IMG/VR virus record: IMGVR_UViG_2791355434_000002
Origin: an uncultured virus (IMG/VR IMGVR_UViG_2791355434_000002)
Taxonomy: Duplodnaviria; Heunggongvirae; Uroviricota; Caudoviricetes
Reading direction: 5' to 3' (one strand)
Length of the DNA: 21,305 nucleotides
Both the position numbers and the translations under genes were made by a program. This document shows positions 15,511-21,305 of this stretch, piece by piece. The notes beneath the pieces were generated by a model that worked only from the letters and a program-made list of their open reading frames with translations, was not told the DNA's origin and made no database searches. The number at the start of each line of letters is the position of its first letter. The first letter of the stretch is position 1.

Positions 15511-16079
15511 GCCGCACCTCCGCAGGTGTTGCAGGTGAAGCCCTCGGGGACCGTCCCGTGGCAGTGGGGGCACGGTTCCGTGACCCGACGCAGCAGGGCG
15601 GAAGGGTCGAGCCCGAGCGCCTTCGCGGCGGCAACGAGGTGGTCGACGGAGATCTCTGCCCGTCGCCCGCTTTCCACGTTCGCGATCACGGAACGCTGGA
15701 TCGGATAGCCCGCCGAAGTCATCGCCTCGGCCAAGGCACGGGCAGACACCGAGTTCGCCCTACGTGCCCCTCGCAGCTTCTCGATCACCCGCGCCGATAC
15801 CGGCAGGGTGGGCGCGTCGCCTTCTGCGGGCGGCGCATGCTTCGAGCCGCCGCCCGCCGTTGTGCCGAGCGCGTCACCAAGATCGACGCCGAAGATCCGC
15901 GCAAGGGCCGTCGCCTCATCGAGGCGAACAGGGCGCTCACCGCTCTCAACCTTGGCGATCGTCTGCTGGTAGAAGACGAATCCCTCGGCGTTCATCGCGT
16001 CAGCGACCTTGCCCTGAGAGAGACCGGAAGCCGAACGAGCCGACCGTAGCCACTCGGCGAACTTGTCGTTGTCGCTCAT
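15507..16079 (-). CDS. Tandem double XRE-HTH regulator with C-terminal CxxCxG...CxxCG ribbon (190 aa)
   Basis: LRSARSASGLSQ...IAKVESGERPVRLDEA and LRGARRANSVSA...IANVESGRR; CPHCHG...CNTCGG. Confidence 0.88.
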   Translation of the reverse strand: MSDNDKFAEWLRSARSASGLSQGKVADAMNAEGFVFYQQTIAKVESGERPVRLDEATALARIFGVDLGDALGTTAGGGSKHAPPAEGDAPTLPVSARVIEKLRGARRANSVSARALAEAMTSAGYPIQRSVIANVESGRRAEISVDHLVAAAKALGLDPSALLRRVTEPCPHCHGTVPEGFTCNTCGGAA

Positions 16080-16345
16080 GCCGCCTCCGCCCCGCGCTGG
16101 TACGGGACGCCGACGAACCGGTACCCGTCCTCGGCGGCCACCTCATCGGCCACCCGGGCGGCCCGGATCCGGTCCCGGCTGACATCCGCCAGGTCCGCCG
16201 CCACCTCGGCCAGCCGGTCCAGCTGGTCCAGCGACGCGTCCGTCACATCAACCCGCAGGTTGGCACCGAGACGCAGGAACGTGCGGGTGCCCTCGGTCTC
16301 CAGCTGGATCGGGCGGTCGCCCCAGGAGAGGTTGAACGTCTTCAT
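16076..16345 (-). CDS. Hypothetical protein (89 aa)
   Basis: ATG 16345, SD GGAGGTG; MKTFNLSWGDRP. Confidence 0.7.
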   Translation of the reverse strand: MKTFNLSWGDRPIQLETEGTRTFLRLGANLRVDVTDASLDQLDRLAEVAADLADVSRDRIRAARVADEVAAEDGYRFVGVPYQRGAEAA

Positions 16346-16674
16346 GCCGTCACCTCCGTCTGGCGGATCTCCAGGCCTTGCTCCTCGGCCCACTTGCGGG
16401 CCCTGCGCTCAGAGTCCTCGGCCATGTGCTGGGCGAAGTCGACGTAGCCGTAGGCGTAGTACGTGATCGGCCCGAACTGCATCTGCGTCGACTTGTTGCC
16501 CTCGTCGTCCGTGACCACGGGCAGGCTGTGCTTCGCCGCGAACTCCTCAACCGCCGAGTTCGTGTGCAGGGGAACCAGGAACCGTTCGTCGCTGCTGACC
16601 CGGACGGACGGGTTCTCCTCCAGCCAGGTGGCGAGCTGTCGGAGTCCGGCGATGTACTGGGTGCGGTCGGTCAT
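16342..16674 (-). CDS. Hypothetical phage protein (110 aa)
   Basis: ATG 16674, SD GGAGG; MTDRTQYIAGLRQLATWLEENP...FGPITY. Confidence 0.75.
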   Translation of the reverse strand: MTDRTQYIAGLRQLATWLEENPSVRVSSDERFLVPLHTNSAVEEFAAKHSLPVVTDDEGNKSTQMQFGPITYYAYGYVDFAQHMAEDSERRARKWAEEQGLEIRQTEVTA

Positions 16675-16934
16675 CGGGTCCTCCGGGCTGCAATGTTGAG
16701 GTTCTGCTGCTGGGTGATCCAGGCGTCGAAGCCCGGGTAGTCGGCGTCGGTGGAGACCGTGGTGCAGGTGCACGGCAGCAGGGCGAAGGCGGTGTCGGCC
16801 GGGTCGCACTGGTGGCGGTCCTCGGCCAGCAGCCCGGCGGTCATACGAGCCCGCCTCAGTGCGGTCAGGGCGTCGACGCGGGCGATCAGGTCAGCGAGCG
16901 GGACGTCCACGCGCTCCATGTCGGCGGCAGTCAC
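16671..16934 (-). CDS. Hypothetical protein (87 aa)
   Basis: GTGA-coupled; LLAEDRHQCDPADTAFA. Confidence 0.65.
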   Translation of the reverse strand: MTAADMERVDVPLADLIARVDALTALRRARMTAGLLAEDRHQCDPADTAFALLPCTCTTVSTDADYPGFDAWITQQQNLNIAARRTR

Positions 16935-17485
16935 GACGCACCACCCGTCACCGCGACGCCGACGTACTGGTTGATCTCCCAGTCGTCCTCGCCGTAGGCC
17001 ATCTCCTGCCACTGGCCGTTGAAGAACCGCCAGCCGAGTGCTGTCCGCTCCCCGTCCTCGGGGTGCGTGGTGACGGTGTCGCAGCGGAACTTCCAGTCGT
17101 ACTTGGCGGACTCCGCGTCGTAGTACGTGTGGCCGGGCTGGAAGAAGTCCGAGACGGGGGCGGGCTCATTGCTGGAGGCCACGTTGGGCATTTCGCGCAG
17201 GTGAGCGGCTACAGCGCGAACTGCCTCGCCCATGAGGACGCTCTCGTGGTCCAGCGTTCCGAACCGCTCGACCTCGGCGGCGTCCTTCGTGGCCTGTGCG
17301 GCGTCGATCTCGTCAGCGACCTCAGCGCGGGCTGCCCACCCGGCGGCACGCAGGGCCTTTACGTACCCGGCCCAGCAGCGCTCGCAGTCCGGGCATCCAC
17401 GGTCACCGGGCTGGAACCCGCACTCGCCGCAGAACGCGCCGGCGGTCGACAGGGCCTGGATCGCGGTCTCGTCGGCGGCGCTCAC
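16931..17485 (-). CDS. Hypothetical protein with N-terminal CxxC...CxxCxxC cluster (184 aa)
   Basis: FCGECGFQPGDRGCPDCERCW; DFFQPGHTY...FRCDTVTTHPEDGERTALGW. Confidence 0.8.
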   Translation of the reverse strand: MSAADETAIQALSTAGAFCGECGFQPGDRGCPDCERCWAGYVKALRAAGWAARAEVADEIDAAQATKDAAEVERFGTLDHESVLMGEAVRAVAAHLREMPNVASSNEPAPVSDFFQPGHTYYDAESAKYDWKFRCDTVTTHPEDGERTALGWRFFNGQWQEMAYGEDDWEINQYVGVAVTGGAS

Positions 17486-18261
17486 AGGGCACCTGCCTCA
17501 CGCTGCGACGGGGCGGAGGCGGCCTTCGCCGCGTCGTACTGGCCGATCGCCCACGACGCCGCGTGGCACTGGTACACGAAGTGGTAGGACACCTTGTCGA
17601 CGTCCCACTCAGTGAAGTCGTTGAAGTCGAAGCCGCCCGTCTGCCGGATGGTGACCTTGTGCTTCTTGCGGTCCGCCTCGTGGTCGAAGTACTTCCAGCT
17701 CGCAGCCGAGTCGTAGGAGCCCTCAACGCCGGACTCGCCACACGAGCACTCGGGGCGGAAGGTCTTCTTGTGCTCGAACTCCCCGACCAGTTGGAACGCG
17801 GTGTCCTTCGTGTCCAGCAGGTGACTGCCAAGGATCTCCTCGCGGACCGCGTCCTCCAGGTCGATCGGGGCCCAGCCGTCCTCGACGGCCTCAGCGACCC
17901 GCTCGTTGATCTGGGCGACCATGCGGTCCCGGTCGTACTCCTCGACCGAGGACCGGCCGTTGACGAGCTTCGACGCCCAGCGGGAAGGCTCGACGCGGAT
18001 ACCGCGCAGCCAAGCGAACATGTCCTCGGTGTCCGGGCCGAACCGCTCGAAGTGGAACGACCCGTGCGACCCGGCGACCAGCAGGTTGTACGGCCACGTC
18101 ACCAAGATCAGGTGACTCATCGACTTCGAGGCCGCGAACTCGACGTGCCGGTACAGCCCGTCCTCGCGCAACGTCTTCAACGTCGCCTCGGCGAAGTCGC
18201 TCTTGAAGTGATCGGAAGCCTTCGTGTCACCCGCAGCAGCAGGTGTGGGATTCTGGGGCAC
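17482..18261 (-). CDS. Conserved-looking phage protein (~259 aa; alternative start 18282)
   Basis: LREDGLYRHVEF...LVTWPYNLLVAGSHGSFHF.R...DMFAW...WASKL; GTG at 18261 after GAAAGG. Confidence 0.8.
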   Translation of the reverse strand: MPQNPTPAAAGDTKASDHFKSDFAEATLKTLREDGLYRHVEFAASKSMSHLILVTWPYNLLVAGSHGSFHFERFGPDTEDMFAWLRGIRVEPSRWASKLVNGRSSVEEYDRDRMVAQINERVAEAVEDGWAPIDLEDAVREEILGSHLLDTKDTAFQLVGEFEHKKTFRPECSCGESGVEGSYDSAASWKYFDHEADRKKHKVTIRQTGGFDFNDFTEWDVDKVSYHFVYQCHAASWAIGQYDAAKAASAPSQREAGAL

Positions 18262-18353
18262 AGTAGGCCCGCCTTTCGTCATGAACGGTGAGGGTGGGTC
18301 TCAGAGGTCGTCCCCGGACTTGGTCGTTACGGGGGCGGCCTCACTTGCTGCCG

Positions 18354-18608
18354 TCAAGCAGCGGCGGGGAGAACGGCGGTCCGCTCGTTCTCCCGACGGA
18401 TGTCCTCGGCCGTGAAGCTGATCCGCCCCCCGTCGTTGTGGTGGATCACCTCCCGCCGGTAGCACTTCTCCTTCAGGACCCGGGCGCTCTTGTACGGCAG
18501 CCACCGGTTCGCGATGACCTCGTCCGGCGTGTAGCGGATCAGGTCATCCAGCTCGTCCTGGGTACGGTTCTGCGTGGTGGGGGGCGCCGCTGTGGCCTTG
18601 GCGGTCAC
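18354..18608 (-). CDS. xis: Excisionase-like winged-helix protein (84 aa)
   Basis: Second gene of the lytic operon; YTPDEV...SARVLKEKCYRREVIHHNDGGRISFTAEDI. Confidence 0.7.
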   Translation of the reverse strand: MTAKATAAPPTTQNRTQDELDDLIRYTPDEVIANRWLPYKSARVLKEKCYRREVIHHNDGGRISFTAEDIRRENERTAVLPAAA

Positions 18609-18814
18609 GTCTTCTCCTTATGGGTTATGGCGTCGGTGGTGACGCGTAGCGCTGCGGCGACCTGCTGGAGCGGCGTATCGGCCGGCTCCTGGATGTGCCC
18701 CCTCTCCATGCGTGAGAGGTAGCCCCGGTCCAAGCCGGTCTTCTGCTGGAGCACACGCAGGCTCATCTTCTGAGCTTCACGAATGGCTCGGATTGCCGTC
18801 CCGTTCGGTCTCAC
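18605..18814 (-). CDS. cro: Cro-like XRE HTH protein (69 aa), probably leaderless
   Basis: IRAIREAQKMSLRVLQQKTGLDRGYLSRMERG; first gene divergent from the repressor. Confidence 0.88.
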   Translation of the reverse strand: MRPNGTAIRAIREAQKMSLRVLQQKTGLDRGYLSRMERGHIQEPADTPLQQVAAALRVTTDAITHKEKT

Positions 18815-19030
18815 GCTCAGGATCTAAGCATTAACGGCCTACGGAGGCAAGCAGTGTGCCTACACATTCGGCACGGAATCTGAGCACGGCACTCAGTCCC
18901 CCCGGTCACCGCGAGGCGCACGCGAGGCGCGCAATGCAACCCGAAAGGCTTGAATTCACTACCAACCCGCAGGTCAAAGCGCAGGATCTAGGCTTTTGGG
19001 TTGCAGAAAGATGGGGCATGATGTGGCCTC
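18815..19030. promoter_or_regulatory. Divergent lysis/lysogeny switch region
   Basis: Leftward TTGCCT-18nt-TAGATC-6nt-GTG; rightward CATGAT (19017-19022) before ATG 19031; direct repeat caggatctaRgc at 18818 and 18982; 14/16 inverted repeat 18935-18950/18990-19005. Confidence 0.75.
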
Positions 19031-19585
19031 ATGGACCAGGACATGGCACGACTAGGCGCGGCACTCAAGGCCACCCGCCTCGCCCGCCGGCCCAAGCCCA
19101 CTCAAGTAGAGGCAGCCGACGCCATCGACGTCAGCCGCGCCAACCTCCAGTCCATCGAGCGCGGCACCGCCTCCAGCAAGGTCACCCCCGCGATCCGCGC
19201 ATACGCGCGCTACCTCGGCTGGACTCCCGAATCAGTCGACCGGGTCCTAGCCGGCGGAGACCCCGAACTCGCACGGGCGGCGGAAGCCCAAGAGGCCGAT
19301 CCGGAGCAGCGGATCTCCATGGATGCGGCCAGGCTGCCTCTGCGAGTGGTCGACGCCATCGAATCCGACGGCGCGCTCGTCGACACCGCGCTCATCCCCC
19401 TTGGCGACGACGCCACCATGGTTCTCGTCGTCAAGGGCCGCCCTGGAGCAACGGTCGACGAGATCCGGGCCTCGGCCACTACCGAGGAGATCCTGGCCGC
19501 CCTGGAGGCCTACAGGCGCTCCCGGCCCCACCTGCGCGAACTGAGCACCGATCAGGAACAGTCGCAAGCCGCGAACGACGCGTAG
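19031..19585 (+). CDS. Immunity repressor, N-terminal XRE HTH (184 aa)
   Basis: LGAALKATR...TQVEAADAIDVSRANLQSIERG...LGWTPESVDRVLAGG; divergent from cro, upstream of int. Confidence 0.88.
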   Translation: MDQDMARLGAALKATRLARRPKPTQVEAADAIDVSRANLQSIERGTASSKVTPAIRAYARYLGWTPESVDRVLAGGDPELARAAEAQEADPEQRISMDAARLPLRVVDAIESDGALVDTALIPLGDDATMVLVVKGRPGATVDEIRASATTEEILAALEAYRRSRPHLRELSTDQEQSQAANDA

Positions 19586-19691
19586 CACAGAGCCATCTCA
19601 GTCACACCGAACACTCCACAAGTGACCCGGATGTGTGCTTCGATGACTGAACGCTGATCAGGGGGCCACCTAGTAGCGAACGGGGTGGCCC

Positions 19692-19922
19692 ATGTGTGTG
19701 CACGTACTCCAGGTCTCGGGTATGCCATTCAGCGGACTGGTGTGGGTCGACCACCAGTCACTTCACACGATCGTCTACGCGGATCAATCCCTCGCAGAGG
19801 ACGGTCGCCTCTCCCCTGAGGGGCGAGCCCTGGTCAACGAAGCGCTCCAGGCGGTCAACGCGGAGTCACTGGACGTGGCGCAAAAGTGCTCTCGCCCCCT
19901 GCTCTGGAGCGTCGCTAGCTGA
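19692..19922 (+). CDS. Small hypothetical protein between repressor and integrase (76 aa)
   Basis: SD GGGGTGG; MCVHVLQVSGMPFSGLVWVDH...; fills the gap in the rightward unit. Confidence 0.65.
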   Translation: MCVHVLQVSGMPFSGLVWVDHQSLHTIVYADQSLAEDGRLSPEGRALVNEALQAVNAESLDVAQKCSRPLLWSVAS

Positions 19923-19952
19923 CGATGACACAGAGACGAAAGGGTGGTGCTC

Positions 19953-21305
19953 ATGGCGTATGCCGAGAAGGTCTACAAGGTCCGCAATGGGGTCAAGACG
20001 AAGCAGTTCACCTGGAGGGCCTGCTACACGAAGCCGGACGGCAGCAAGGGCACGCGCCCAGGGTTCGAGACCAAGAAGCTAGCCGAGGCATGGGGCAACG
20101 AGCAGGAAGCCGCGATGCGCTCCGGGGCTTGGATCGACCCGGCGAAGATGAACACCCCCTTCGGCGAGTGGGTGGAGATCTGGAAGAAGGCCAACAGTCC
20201 GCGCCCGGGGACCGCCACGAAGCGGCGGCATCTGCTCAACTCCCTTCTGCTGCCCGCCTGGAAGAACACGCCGCTCGCCGAGGTGAACAACGTCTTCACA
20301 GTGAAGGCGTGGGCCACCCAGGCAGTGAAGACCCACGACGCGGTGACCGTGGGACACGCCCGCAGCCTCCTCAGCTCCATCCTGTCCGGCGCGGAGGACG
20401 CCGGGTACATCCCCGCGAACAAGCTGTACGGGCGGAAGATCGCCGTGTCCGGCGGCAAGGAAGAAGAGGCCGAGGACAAGGAAGAGGTATGGGTGCAGCC
20501 CGATGAGGCATATCGGCTCTACGCGCGGCTCGGCGGCGTCCACGGGTTGATGGTGCTGGCGGACTGCTACCTGGGGCTGCGGTGGGGTGAACTCGCCGGG
20601 CTCCACAGGAACAACTGCCTCCTCAAGCGCGAGGACGTGATCGACGGAAAGCCGTTCGTGCGCCAGGTGATCCGCATCGATCCGAAAGTCGGTTCCCTGC
20701 ATGAGGACGAGTTCGAGCTCGATGCGGACGGCCTGGTCGCATGGCATGCGGCAGAGGACGCGCGGCTGGAGGCGTGCCGGGAGAAGGGGTGGAAGGCGAA
20801 CAGGCGCAAGGAGCCCAAGGCGGAGGTGCGGCTGTACCTGGGCAAGCCCAAGAACAAGTACTCGGCCCGCGAGGTGGACGTGCCGCCGTTCCTGGCGGGC
20901 CTGCTGCGGGAGCACATCGAGTCGTGGCCGTCGGATCACCCGTTCACGACGCCTGACGGGTCGTGGTGGCGTCGGGGCAACTTCGGGCGGGTGCTGCGGC
21001 CCGCGGCGGACGGAAGAGATGCCATCGAGAGGAAGCGGGGCTTCGCCGGCCGCGGGGAGTGGAAGCCGATCGCGCCGGGCTTCACGATGCGGGGGGCCAG
21101 GCATACGCATGACACGTGGATGAAGGACGACCGGGTGGACCGGGCTCTGCGGTTCTTGACGATGGGGTGGGTGCCGAAGGATATTGAGGGGACCTACGAG
21201 CATGTGACGCCGGAGATGCGGAAGCAGCGGCTGGATGCTTTGGAGGCGAGGTGGGTGCGCGGGCAGCGGGTTGCCGCGTCGAGGCGGAGTTCTCCCCCGA
21301 GCTGA
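19953..21305 (+). CDS. int: Tyrosine recombinase/integrase (450 aa)
   Basis: MAYAEK arm-binding N-terminus (WRACY..PDG...GFETKK.A); GLRWGELAGL; PKN; RGARHTH; MGW; TYEHV. Confidence 0.95.
   Translation: MAYAEKVYKVRNGVKTKQFTWRACYTKPDGSKGTRPGFETKKLAEAWGNEQEAAMRSGAWIDPAKMNTPFGEWVEIWKKANSPRPGTATKRRHLLNSLLLPAWKNTPLAEVNNVFTVKAWATQAVKTHDAVTVGHARSLLSSILSGAEDAGYIPANKLYGRKIAVSGGKEEEAEDKEEVWVQPDEAYRLYARLGGVHGLMVLADCYLGLRWGELAGLHRNNCLLKREDVIDGKPFVRQVIRIDPKVGSLHEDEFELDADGLVAWHAAEDARLEACREKGWKANRRKEPKAEVRLYLGKPKNKYSAREVDVPPFLAGLLREHIESWPSDHPFTTPDGSWWRRGNFGRVLRPAADGRDAIERKRGFAGRGEWKPIAPGFTMRGARHTHDTWMKDDRVDRALRFLTMGWVPKDIEGTYEHVTPEMRKQRLDALEARWVRGQRVAASRRSSPPS

Larger units (their letters stand above)
1..21305. 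mobile_element. Temperate phage/prophage integration-immunity-early (recombination/replication) region
   Basis: Integrase and repressor diverge from a cro/xis-led operon containing RecE/RecT, DnaQ-like, WhiB and Rep genes; tight ATGA/GTGA gene overlaps; no host housekeeping genes seen. Confidence 0.95.

Noticed and set aside
19560..19585. Repressor C-terminus AANDA resembling the start of the E. coli ssrA tag
   Set aside because: Only four residues match, it is not the LAA degron end, and it is likely coincidence
20079..21203. 374-aa minus-strand ORF within int
   Set aside because: Antisense shadow of the integrase
19586..21305. att site or tRNA target
   Set aside because: No tRNA-like sequence or att core recognised; the window ends at the int stop, so it probably lies outside

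Overview
High-GC actinobacterial (Streptomyces-like, inferred from composition and gene content) temperate phage or prophage, covering the integration, immunity and early region. At the right end a rightward unit encodes an XRE repressor, a small ORF and a tyrosine integrase that ends on the last base. It diverges from a ~18.8-kb leftward early operon of ~38 mostly ATGA/GTGA-coupled genes: Cro, Xis-like protein, a double-XRE regulator, a truncated beta-clamp-like fusion, RecE/RecT, an HNH-like endonuclease, a DEDDh exonuclease, a SLOG protein, two WhiB proteins, a replication initiator with an internal degenerate HNH domain and iteron-like repeats, a helicase-loader/inhibitor-like protein, and many small Cys-rich proteins. 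One gene interrupts the operon in the opposite direction: a toxin-less Phd/YefM-type gene whose TGTACA-cored palindrome faces the whiB-rep block. Other notable signals are a set of sequence-unrelated GC hairpins (mostly 7-nt loops) in front of ribosome-binding sites, frequent -AA C-termini, candidate clamp-binding and SSB-tail mimics, and a 4-bp duplication frameshift. The 819-bp duplication around the 152-N gap is most likely an assembly artifact. All family calls come from motif recognition by eye; no database search was run.
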